Positions 1-7,850 of a DNA stretch of 64,000 bases are shown piece after piece. Under the pieces are notes generated by a model. It searched no databases. It saw only the letters and a program-made list of their open reading frames with translations, and had not been told where the DNA came from. This DNA comes from a virus. Position 1 is the first letter of the stretch. Each line of letters begins with the position of its first letter. Location of the stretch: the IMG/VR virus record IMGVR_UViG_3300045988_069864. One strand, written 5' to 3'. The position numbers were made by a program, and so were the translations under genes.

Positions 1-168
1 ATGACTCGACAAGGTGTTAGTCAATTAGAGCTTTCGGAACTTACTGGCATTCCTCAGTCAACAATCAGTAATTACTTAACGGGTAAGTTTCTTCCTGGAT
101 TCTACAACATGGATAAGATCGCAAAAGCTTTGAAGTGTTCTATTGATGAGTTTAGATATACTGAGTGA
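1..168 (+). CDS. XRE-family helix-turn-helix DNA-binding protein (possibly 5'-truncated by the window edge)
   Basis: Open frame from base 1 (ATG) to TGA 166-168. 'LSELTGIPQSTISNYLTG' is a typical HTH_3 motif. Confidence 0.6.
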   Translation: MTRQGVSQLELSELTGIPQSTISNYLTGKFLPGFYNMDKIAKALKCSIDEFRYTE

Positions 169-176
169 TATTTTTA

Positions 177-204
177 GTCGCGTTAGAAACGTATTCCTTT
201 ATGC
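177..204 (+). promoter_or_regulatory. Bipartite promoter-like motif, copy 1 (GTCGCG-N16-TTATGC)
   Basis: GTCGCG TTAGAAACGTATTCCT TTATGC. Same 6+16+6 architecture as the other copies. Confidence 0.5.
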
Positions 205-263
205 AGAGTAAATTCTGATAACTCTTGCAAGAGTCTTGGCAAAAGCTAGGACTCTTTATTTTT
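205..263 (+). ncRNA. ORF-less short transcript or attenuator candidate with alternative hairpins and a terminator
   Basis: AGAGT 205-209 can pair with ACTCT 221-225. ACTCTTGCAAGAGT 221-234 is a perfect 14-nt palindrome. AAGAGTC 229-235 pairs with GACTCTT 250-256 and is followed by TATTTTT. Confidence 0.3.
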
Positions 264-279
264 CCAGTTTTGACAAAAA

Positions 280-307
280 TTCGCGAAAAAAACAACGACT
301 GTTATGA
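280..307 (+). promoter_or_regulatory. Bipartite promoter-like motif, copy 2 (TTCGCG-N16-TTATGA)
   Basis: TTCGCG AAAAAAACAACGACTG TTATGA. Immediately followed by hairpin AAGAGAA 307-313 / TTCTCTT 320-326 and TTAGCTTTTT. Confidence 0.55.
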
Positions 308-370
308 AGAGAAGATACTTTCTCTTTTAGCTTTTTCAAAAATGATATTTCACGAAAGGAGGTCCACTGA

Positions 371-661
371 ATGTTAGAAAACAAATTCCAAGCAAATCTT
401 ATCAAAGAGCTTAAGAAACTGTTTCCTGGATGCATCGTAATGAAGAATGACTCGAGTTATATTCAAGGCATTCCCGATTTGTTGATTCTCTTCCAGGATA
501 AGTGGGCTTCCCTCGAAGTCAAGAAGAACGCGAGCGCGTCAAAACGACCGAATCAAGAATACTATGTTGGGATGATGGATAAGATGTCATTTTCTCGTTT
601 CATCTGTCCCGAGAACAAAGACGAAATCCTAAATGAACTTGCAAATAAATTCAACAGTTAA
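371..661 (+). CDS. VRR-NUC-like PD-(D/E)xK nuclease (Holliday-junction-resolvase-like)
   Basis: 96 aa. 'GIPDLLIL...ASLEVKK' gives the D...ExK core. SD GAAAGGAGG lies upstream. Confidence 0.55.
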   Translation: MLENKFQANLIKELKKLFPGCIVMKNDSSYIQGIPDLLILFQDKWASLEVKKNASASKRPNQEYYVGMMDKMSFSRFICPENKDEILNELANKFNS

Positions 662-676
662 GGAGAATAGTTAGCA

Positions 677-1234
677 ATGATATTTAACAATCATCGAAAT
701 CTTAACGGTCTACACGCTCCGTTCTCAGCGAGTCAATCCAGTTGGCTTCGCTATGATATTTCAAAAGCAATTGAAGTTTATCAAAACAAGAAAGCTGCAG
801 AGATTGGAACTAAACTCCATGCCTGGGCTAAAGAAACTATAGATCTTGGTATTAAGCAGCCTCGTTCTAAGAAGACCCTTTATGCGTATGTGAATGACGC
901 AATTGGTTTTCGAATGGCGACTGAGGTGGTGTTATATTATTCTGACAGATTCTTCGGTACTGCCGATGCTATTTCTTTCAGAGATAATTTTTTGAGAATC
1001 CACGATTTGAAAACTGGAAAAGGACCTGTACACAGAGAGCAGCTTGAAGTATATGCTGCTCTTTTTTGTTTGGAGTACAGAGTCAAACCTAGTGATATTC
1101 GTATCGAGTTGAGAATCTATCAGAACGATGACTGTGATATTTGGGAACCGTCTCCCGAAGACATCGAGTTCGTTATGAACAAGATTATTACTCTGAATAA
1201 AGAACTTGAACGACTAGATTTTGAGGAGGCTTAG
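677..1234 (+). CDS. PD-(D/E)xK exonuclease-fold protein (RecB/Cas4-like, no Cys cluster)
   Basis: 185 aa. 'GTADAISF...LRIHDLKTGK' is a D...DxK nuclease core. Confidence 0.45.
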   Translation: MIFNNHRNLNGLHAPFSASQSSWLRYDISKAIEVYQNKKAAEIGTKLHAWAKETIDLGIKQPRSKKTLYAYVNDAIGFRMATEVVLYYSDRFFGTADAISFRDNFLRIHDLKTGKGPVHREQLEVYAALFCLEYRVKPSDIRIELRIYQNDDCDIWEPSPEDIEFVMNKIITLNKELERLDFEEA

Positions 1235-1238
1235 TACC

Positions 1239-4187
1239 ATGAATTCTGTTGCGGAAGAAATTAAATCATATTATGGTTCTAATTCCATGAACGATGACGA
1301 ATACCTTGAACATTATGGCATGCCTCGCCGTAGTGGTCGATATCCTTGGGGTTCTGGCGAAAATCCATATCAGCACGGTAATGATTTTCTAAGCCGAATC
1401 GAAAAACTAAAAAGTAAAGGCTGGACCGAGACACCTGAAAACATCAAGAACGAATTTGGTCTGACTACTACTCAATATCGAGCTCAGAAAGCATTGGCTA
1501 AAGATGAACGTCGAGGCTATGACGTGGCGAGAGCTAAATCGTTGGAAAGTGACGGTTTGGGTCCTACTGCCATTGCCAAAAAGATGTCTGAAGAACAAGG
1601 CAAAAACATCAACGAATCTACTATTCGTTCTTGGCTTAATGAAGAGTCCGAAGCTCGTATGAATCAGGCTAAACAGACTGCTGAATTTATTAAGAAACAA
1701 ATCGACGAAAAAGGCATGATTGATGTCGGTGTTGGTGTTGAACGAGAACTTGGTATATCCAAAGAAAAACTTAATCAAGCACTGGCAATTCTCGAAGCTG
1801 AAGGCTATGAGCTTTATGGCGGTCGTGTTCCGCAGGTTACTAATCCTAATCAAATGACCACTCTTAAAGTCATTTGTCCTCCTGGTACTGAACATAAAGA
1901 TATTTATGACTACGAAAATGTACATTCTCTGAATGAATATATTTCTCGTGACGGTGGCGAAACTTACGAAAAGAAGTTCCACTATCCTGAAAGCATGGAT
2001 GCTAGTCGTCTTATGATTCGGTATAAAGAAGATGGCGGTATCGATAAAGATGGTGTTATTGAACTTCGTCGAGGCGTTCCTGATTTGTCTCTTGGTGAAT
2101 CTCGTATCTCTCAGGTTCGAATCCTCGTTGACGGTGACAGATATTTGAAGGGCATGGCTGTTTATTCGGATAATATGCCTGATGGTGTCGATGTTATATT
2201 TAACACCAATAAGTCCAAAGACGTTGCTATGCGAGATGTCCTCAAAAAGATTAAGGATGATCCGGACAATCCCTTTGGTTCCGCTATCAAGGATGTGGAA
2301 AAGGGCGGTCAGTATTGGTATGATCCTAAAACCGGTAAACAAGTATCGGCATCAACTCCTGGTGCTAAGTTGGGTCTGATCAATAAACGAGCTGATGAGG
2401 GCGATTGGTCTGAATGGAAAGATGCACTTCCTGCTCAGTTCTTGTCTAAGCAATCATTGCATTTGGCTAAACAGCAGCTGAACATTGCCGCTTCTGATAA
2501 AGAGGCTGAGTTTGCAGAACTAAGTTCACTTACTAATCCTACTGTAAAGAAGTATTTACTTAATAAATTTGCAGATGAGTGTGATTCAGCAGCTGTACAT
2601 CTTCAAGCAGCAGCTCTGCCTGGTCAGAAGTATCATGTTATATTACCTGTTACTTCTATGAAGGACACCGAAGTGTATGCTCCAAGGTATGAAAATGGAT
2701 CTAAGCTCGCACTTATTCGATATCCTCATGGCGGCACCTTTGAGATTCCTATCTTGACTGTTAATAATAAACAGAAAGACGCCAAAGCTTTGCTTGGCAC
2801 TGATATTTCGGATGCTATCGCTATCAATAGTAAGGTTGCTGAGCGTCTGTCTGGTGCCGACTTTGATGGCGATACCGTTATGTGTATTCCTACTCATGAC
2901 AAAGCTGGCAAGGTCAAGATTACATCTACGAATCCGCTTAAGGGTCTCGAAGGATTTGATCCCAAGACTTCTTATGGTGCTACGAAGACTGTCAAAGATT
3001 CCGATGGCACTGAACATTATCTTCGTAACGGTAAAGAATATAAGATTATGAAGAATACTCAGACCGAAATGGGTAAGATCTCTAATCTTATCAGCGATAT
3101 GACACTGAAAGGTGCTAATGATGACGAGTTAGCTAGAGCTGTTCGTCATAGCATGGTTGTCATCGATGCCGAGAAACATAAGCTTGACTATAAGCAGAGC
3201 GAGATCGACAATAACATCTCCGCTCTTAAGAAGGAGTACCAGAATGGCGGCGGTGCATCCACCTTGATCTCTAGAAGTAAAGGCGAAATCCCGGTTCTTA
3301 AACGACAGGGTAGCCCTATAGTCAATACCAAGACCAAGAACGGAAAACCCAACCCCGACTATGATTCTAGTAAGCCTGAAGGGTCTCTCATATGGAAGAC
3401 TGCCGATGATGTGAATTACCAGTATACAAAAGTAAACAAGAAAACTGGTGAAGTTACTACCATCACCAAGCAACGTACTCAGAAGAGTACTCGTATGGCG
3501 GAGACAACCGATGCACGTACCCTTATCTCGGATGCAGATACCCCCATGGAACGGGCCTATGCGGACTATGCTAACCATATGAAGAACCTGGCCAATAAGG
3601 CCCGCATTGAGGTATCCACTACCGGTAAGATAGCATACTCCTCTAAGGCTAAAGCTACCTATCAGACCGAGGTAAAGAGTCTCAATGATAAGCTGAATAA
3701 TGCCTTACTTAATGCTCCACGAGAGCGACAGGCTACCCTTAAGGCTAATGCAGAGGTACAGCGCAAGGTTGATGCTGCTAAGGCCGCTATCAAAAAAGAG
3801 AACCCCGAGGCCACTAATAGGGAGATTAACAAGCTTGTTCGTAAGAAGATTGATGTTAAGAAGACCGGACAGCAGGCTCTTACTAAATATCGTACTGAGG
3901 CTGGTTCTGTAAAACGTAGTGATCGATCTATTAAGATTACTGATAAGGAATGGGAAGCTATTCAGGCTGGTGCTATTAGTGAGAATGTACTTAAGAAGAT
4001 CCTTGCTAACTCTGACGTGGATAGTCTTAGACAAAGAGCAACGCCTCGTTCTACAACAACGCTTAGTACAGCTAAGATTAATAGAATCAAAGCTATGCGC
4101 GCTTCTGGTAAAACACTTAATGAAATCGCAAATGCGCTTAATGTTTCTGCATCAACAGTTGCAACTTATGTGAAAGGAGTGAATTGA
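1239..4187 (+). CDS. Large multidomain protein with an RdRP/YonO-like two-barrel RNA polymerase catalytic motif and several HTH-like segments
   Basis: 982 aa from ATG 1239 (SD GAGGAGG 1223-1229). 'LALIRYPHGGTFEI...AERLSGADFDGDTVM' (DFDGD at nt 2859-2873) matches the metal-binding loop pattern of beta-prime, YonO and eukaryotic RdRP DPBB domains. C-terminal 'TLNEIANALNVSASTVATYVKG' looks like an HTH. Confidence 0.5.
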   Translation: MNSVAEEIKSYYGSNSMNDDEYLEHYGMPRRSGRYPWGSGENPYQHGNDFLSRIEKLKSKGWTETPENIKNEFGLTTTQYRAQKALAKDERRGYDVARAKSLESDGLGPTAIAKKMSEEQGKNINESTIRSWLNEESEARMNQAKQTAEFIKKQIDEKGMIDVGVGVERELGISKEKLNQALAILEAEGYELYGGRVPQVTNPNQMTTLKVICPPGTEHKDIYDYENVHSLNEYISRDGGETYEKKFHYPESMDASRLMIRYKEDGGIDKDGVIELRRGVPDLSLGESRISQVRILVDGDRYLKGMAVYSDNMPDGVDVIFNTNKSKDVAMRDVLKKIKDDPDNPFGSAIKDVEKGGQYWYDPKTGKQVSASTPGAKLGLINKRADEGDWSEWKDALPAQFLSKQSLHLAKQQLNIAASDKEAEFAELSSLTNPTVKKYLLNKFADECDSAAVHLQAAALPGQKYHVILPVTSMKDTEVYAPRYENGSKLALIRYPHGGTFEIPILTVNNKQKDAKALLGTDISDAIAINSKVAERLSGADFDGDTVMCIPTHDKAGKVKITSTNPLKGLEGFDPKTSYGATKTVKDSDGTEHYLRNGKEYKIMKNTQTEMGKISNLISDMTLKGANDDELARAVRHSMVVIDAEKHKLDYKQSEIDNNISALKKEYQNGGGASTLISRSKGEIPVLKRQGSPIVNTKTKNGKPNPDYDSSKPEGSLIWKTADDVNYQYTKVNKKTGEVTTITKQRTQKSTRMAETTDARTLISDADTPMERAYADYANHMKNLANKARIEVSTTGKIAYSSKAKATYQTEVKSLNDKLNNALLNAPRERQATLKANAEVQRKVDAAKAAIKKENPEATNREINKLVRKKIDVKKTGQQALTKYRTEAGSVKRSDRSIKITDKEWEAIQAGAISENVLKKILANSDVDSLRQRATPRSTTTLSTAKINRIKAMRASGKTLNEIANALNVSASTVATYVKGVN

Positions 4188-4189
4188 TC

Positions 4190-4438
4190 ATGGAAAACGT
4201 TTGTGCATTGACCACAATTGACAATCCTTTTGATCCTTTTGATCAATTCAGTCAATGGTTTCTCTTTGATACAGAAAAAGGTTACAATTCTTGTTCTTAT
4301 CTTGCTCGAATTGCACAAACTTCTGATGAAATGTCTGAACAAGAATACAATCATGAAGTTGAACGAGCAATTGACGAAATTGTCACGATTAATCCTTTAG
4401 GAATTTACAAGAAAGTAACCAAACCCCAGGTAAATTAA
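4190..4438 (+). CDS. hypothetical phage protein
   Basis: 82 aa ORF, ATG 10 nt after AGGAG, abutting the stop of the upstream gene. Confidence 0.5.
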   Translation: MENVCALTTIDNPFDPFDQFSQWFLFDTEKGYNSCSYLARIAQTSDEMSEQEYNHEVERAIDEIVTINPLGIYKKVTKPQVN

Positions 4439-4458
4439 AAAGATGTAGAGCTAATGAT

Positions 4459-4467
4459 GGGGGGGGG
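4459..4467. repeat. G9 homopolymer tract
   Basis: GGGGGGGGG in a roughly 40% GC genome. It can pair with CCCCCTCC about 14 nt downstream. Confidence 0.9.
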
Positions 4468-4624
4468 TCGCTAAAACTACACCCCCTCCTCACATCGCCG
4501 GCCTCCTTGAAAATTCTCCGGAGGGATTTTTCAGAAAAGCATTTATATTTGAGGTAATGACGATACCAGTACGCTTAAGGTCGAGGAAGTTACGAATTGA
4601 TTGAGAATTAGATTGCTATTTTCC

Positions 4625-4727
4625 TGGGTAGTGTTTAGACGAGTTCATAAGGTTGAATATTGGTCATACTTTGCGCTCCTTTCAGTGAATCGTTATTGAC
4701 CTTATGGGCTCCTTTAAGCACTACCCA
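4625..4727 (+). other. Long imperfect inverted repeat or hairpin in the non-coding region upstream of terS (cos/pac or structured-RNA candidate)
   Basis: The left arm TGGGTAGTGTTTAGACGAGTTCATAAGGTTGAATA matches the reverse complement of the right arm TATTGACCTTATGGGCTCCTTTAAGCACTACCCA at about 27 of 34 positions. Confidence 0.45.
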
Positions 4728-4775
4728 AAACTGTAACTAAAGTCATTAATAACTGTATGAAAGGAGGCAGGATTA

Positions 4776-5120
4776 TTGGCTAAAGTTAAATCAAAACCAA
4801 AGTATTCTAAAGAAAACCAACCCAAAATAAGGCCAGCTCTTACCCCAGAAGCAAGAGAGAATCAGCTTATTTCTTTAGCAGTCGACTTAGTGGAACAGAG
4901 ATTGCTTGATGGTACTGCCTCTTCTCAGGAAACTACTCATTTTCTCAAACTCGGTTCTATGAAGAATCGTCTTGAGATGGAAAAACTTCAAGAAGAGAAC
5001 AAGTTACTCCAGGCAAAGACTGAAGCGCTTCAATCCGCTAAACGAGTTGAAGAACTGTATTCCGAAGCTATCTCTGCCATGCGTCGATATAGCGGTAATG
5101 GTGATCCTGATGAGTATTAG
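4776..5120 (+). CDS. terS: putative terminase small subunit
   Basis: 114 aa, TTG start 8 nt after AAGGAGG. Basic N-terminus and coiled-coil C-terminus. It is the first gene after a 340-bp non-coding region and lies next to an HNH endonuclease. The motif 'DGTASSQETTHFLKLGS' is recalled from terS-like proteins. Confidence 0.45.
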   Translation: MAKVKSKPKYSKENQPKIRPALTPEARENQLISLAVDLVEQRLLDGTASSQETTHFLKLGSMKNRLEMEKLQEENKLLQAKTEALQSAKRVEELYSEAISAMRRYSGNGDPDEY

Positions 5121-5559
5121 ACGATATTCCGAGCTAATTACCATTCCTACATACGAGGAACGATTTAAGTATCTTCAACTTAAAGGTGCTGTTGGCGCTG
5201 ATACCTTTGGCTATGATCGATATTTGAATCAGATTCTGTATAACTCTCCGGAGTGGAAGCGATTCAGAAATGACATCATCATTCGAGATAATGGCTGTGA
5301 TCTTGCTTGTGAAGGATATGAGATTAAAGGTTGGAAAGATCAAGAAGGTAAGATTCATAGAGCTAGAATAATCATTCATCATATGAATCCTATCACAGTC
5401 GACGACATTCTTAATCATAATCCAATGGTGTTTGATCCTGAGAATGTTATAACTACAGTTCTCAATACTCACAACGCCATTCATTACGGTGACGAGAAGT
5501 TATTAGTTACTGGACCAGTCACAAGGTCTCCTAACGATACGTGTCTCTGGCGAAAATAA
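5110..5559 (+). CDS. HNH endonuclease (packaging-associated)
   Basis: 'IIIHHMNPIT...NVITTVLNTHNAIH' is an HNH core. The position next to terminase genes is typical of cos phages. Confidence 0.8.
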   Translation: MSIRRYSELITIPTYEERFKYLQLKGAVGADTFGYDRYLNQILYNSPEWKRFRNDIIIRDNGCDLACEGYEIKGWKDQEGKIHRARIIIHHMNPITVDDILNHNPMVFDPENVITTVLNTHNAIHYGDEKLLVTGPVTRSPNDTCLWRK

Positions 5560-5576
5560 TCAAAAGGAGAATAATT

Positions 5577-5918
5577 GTGGAAAGTATTCTGACATCAATT
5601 AAAAAGTTACTCGGAATCGCCGAAGAAGATACCAACTTTGATCAGGATCTTATTATGCATATCAACTCGGTATTCATGATCCTAACTCAACTTGGTGTTG
5701 GTCCTTCCAAGGGATTCTCCATCAAAGATGAGAATGACGTCTGGTCCGATTTTATACCAGAACAGTCTCCTCTCGAGGCAGTCAAAACTTATGTCTACAT
5801 GAAAGTTAGACTTATGTTTGATCCTCCTTTAAGTTCCGCAGTCGTAGACGCCATTAATAGAAACATCTCCGAACTTGAGTGGCGACTTAATGTTGGTGCT
5901 GAGAATGGAGGTGAGTAA
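5577..5918 (+). CDS. putative head-tail connector (gp6/QLRG-like) protein
   Basis: GTG start after AAGGAG. The 'SIKKLLGI..ED..FD.DLI' N-terminus and the size fit connector/adaptor proteins. The position before terL is unusual. Confidence 0.35.
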   Translation: MESILTSIKKLLGIAEEDTNFDQDLIMHINSVFMILTQLGVGPSKGFSIKDENDVWSDFIPEQSPLEAVKTYVYMKVRLMFDPPLSSAVVDAINRNISELEWRLNVGAENGGE

Positions 5919-5919
5919 T

Positions 5920-6192
5920 ATGACAGAATGGATGGTTGCTGGGATCGTTGTAACAATTATTGGCGGTGGTTGGGCAGTTATTAAAGCTATTTCCGGTATT
6001 GTTCAACCATTGACAGAACAAATCACAAGACTCAATGATAGCATGAAATCGATCACTAATGATATGAACGAACTTACTGAACGAAACAGTAAAACTCATA
6101 CCCGATTGTTTCAAGCTATCGAAGAGCATGGTAAAATGCTAAGCGAACATGAAATTCGAATTGTAAAACTGGAAGAACATGAAAAGAAATGA
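5920..6192 (+). CDS. small membrane protein with coiled coil (BhlA/UviB holin-like architecture)
   Basis: 90 aa. N-terminal TM 'WMVAGIVVTIIGGGWAVIKAI' followed by a coiled coil. SD GGAGGTGAG. Confidence 0.35.
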   Translation: MTEWMVAGIVVTIIGGGWAVIKAISGIVQPLTEQITRLNDSMKSITNDMNELTERNSKTHTRLFQAIEEHGKMLSEHEIRIVKLEEHEKK

Positions 6193-6209
6193 GTGAAAGG
6201 AGGGATAGT

Positions 6210-6764
6210 ATGAAGTCTTATAATCACTCTGAAGAACTCTATCATCATGGCATCAAAGGTATGAAATGGGGTGTCCGGCGCTATCAGAATTCCGATGGTT
6301 CGCTTACTGCGGCTGGTCAGAAACGATACGCGAGAGATGCTCGAGAAAAAGAATTTAATAAGTATGATTCGTCCACTAAGACATATTACAAAACGTCTAA
6401 GAAAAATGGGCGAAGTGATTTGGAAGCAGATCCTAAACGTTATGCTAAAGAGGATCTATCTCGAACCAAAAAACTTGCTGACGAGTCAGCCAATCTTACA
6501 AGAAATCTAAAAACTGCTAATGATCAGGCTATCAAAAGTAAACCCAAGACTCGAATGGACCTTAGCAAGATGACTGACCAGGAGATGCGGGAAAAGATTA
6601 ATCGAGAATTACTTGAACGACAGTATAACGATGTCTTTAATCCTCCTACTGTTTCTAAGGGTCGGGAGTATGCAAGCAAAGTTCTCGATACTACTGGTAC
6701 TGTTTTGGCTATTACTAGTTCCGCATTGGGAATCGCCCTGGCTATTAAAGATCTTAAGGGGTGA
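6210..6764 (+). CDS. 'ELYHHGxKGxKWG' paralog 1 (basic, C-terminal TM helix), function unknown
   Basis: N-terminus 'SEELYHHGIKGMKWGVRRYQNSDGSLTAAGQKRY'. SD AAGGAGGG. C-terminal 'VLAITSSALGIALAI'. Confidence 0.7.
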   Translation: MKSYNHSEELYHHGIKGMKWGVRRYQNSDGSLTAAGQKRYARDAREKEFNKYDSSTKTYYKTSKKNGRSDLEADPKRYAKEDLSRTKKLADESANLTRNLKTANDQAIKSKPKTRMDLSKMTDQEMREKINRELLERQYNDVFNPPTVSKGREYASKVLDTTGTVLAITSSALGIALAIKDLKG

Positions 6765-6772
6765 TCGTCAAA

Positions 6773-7828
6773 ATGGAATTGTATCACCACGGAATCAAGG
6801 GACAGAAGTGGGGCATTCGCCGGTATCAATATGCTGACGGTACTTATACTCCTGCTGGTAGGAAGCGATACGGCGTTAGTCAAAGTTCAAGTAATGCTCA
6901 ACGTGTTGCAACCATGATGGGTATGAGAGTAAAAGATGTGGTTAACACAGCGAGAACTCAAGTTACCGGAAGACAGTATGTTGATACATATCTGAAACGA
7001 GGTACAACATTTGCAAGAATTCAAACTTCTAAAGAGTTTGAAAATTTTGCATTCTACGCCACTTATAAGAAGGCTGACTCTGATAAGTATATGGGTCTGT
7101 TTGGGAAGAATCTGACTAGTCGTGCAAACAGTGATGCTAAGCGAGCAGAGAAAACAGCCAATGCTTCCGGTAGTGAAGCTGATGCCGCCACAGCTAAGCA
7201 ACTTCGAGATAAAGCTAACAACATGAAAGTTTATCAGCTGAAGCTAGAGACTACTAAGAAACTGAAAGTTCCGTCAGATGAGAATGCTAGTGACATCACT
7301 GCTAATCTACTGAAAGACTCTGAGTTTAAGAAGAATGTTGTTGCTTCAATTGAGGACTCGAAGGAAAAGATGCGTCGTCCTACTCAACAGGTCTTGTTTA
7401 AGCAAGCTCAAAATGCTTTGAATAAAGATCCGAGTAGGATGACAACTTCAGAGAAGGTTGCAGTCTACAAAGCTTTGAATCTGTCTTTGACTAATCACAA
7501 TCAGCAGGAAGTTGCAGCTCAGGCTAAGTTCTACTCGGAACTAAAGAAGAAAGGTTACAATGCACTGCTCGATTATAATGACAAAGATTATTCGAGTTAT
7601 CATGCTAAGCGACCAATGATCGTGTTCGATACTGACTCCGTGAAGCTTCAATCAGTGGCTGAGGCTAATCCGAAGGTCGTGGAAAAGATGTATGCGAAGT
7701 ATAACGCTGAACGAATCATGAAGGAAGTCGGAGCCAATACAATTGGCTATGTCGGCAAACTTGGTAAAAAGACTGTATCCGAATGCGAATCTTATGTGAA
7801 ACAGAAAACTGACAGCTATTTGAGTTAA
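6773..7828 (+). CDS. 'ELYHHGxKGxKWG' paralog 2, function unknown
   Basis: N-terminus 'MELYHHGIKGQKWGIRRYQYADGTYTPAGRKRY'. 351 aa. Confidence 0.7.
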   Translation: MELYHHGIKGQKWGIRRYQYADGTYTPAGRKRYGVSQSSSNAQRVATMMGMRVKDVVNTARTQVTGRQYVDTYLKRGTTFARIQTSKEFENFAFYATYKKADSDKYMGLFGKNLTSRANSDAKRAEKTANASGSEADAATAKQLRDKANNMKVYQLKLETTKKLKVPSDENASDITANLLKDSEFKKNVVASIEDSKEKMRRPTQQVLFKQAQNALNKDPSRMTTSEKVAVYKALNLSLTNHNQQEVAAQAKFYSELKKKGYNALLDYNDKDYSSYHAKRPMIVFDTDSVKLQSVAEANPKVVEKMYAKYNAERIMKEVGANTIGYVGKLGKKTVSECESYVKQKTDSYLS

Positions 7829-7833
7829 TTTTA

Positions 7834-7843
7834 GGGGGGGGGG
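7834..7843. repeat. G10 homopolymer tract forming the SD region of paralog 3
   Basis: TTTTAGGGGGGGGGGTAGATTAATG. Confidence 0.9.
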
Positions 7844-7850
7844 TAGATTA

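Noticed and set aside
270-275. Canonical TTGACA -35 hexamer just upstream of motif copy 2
   Set aside because: No acceptable -10 hexamer lies 16-18 nt downstream (the sequence there is CAACGA). It is probably coincidental.
1407-2342. 311-aa minus-strand ORF inside the RNAP-like gene. Similar antisense ORFs occur at 16674-17555, 30181-31083, 41597-42175, 42997-43677, 43457-44341, 49098-49943 and 51435-51926.
   Set aside because: All lie antisense to well-supported + strand genes and lack ribosome-binding sites and motifs. Apart from the int/repressor pair, the whole window is transcribed on the + strand.
4972-5109. Upstream extension of the HNH ORF given in the ORF track (start 4972)
   Set aside because: The extension overlaps terS in another frame and has no HNH-related sequence. 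The ATG at 5110 (or 5098), at the end of terS, is the plausible start.
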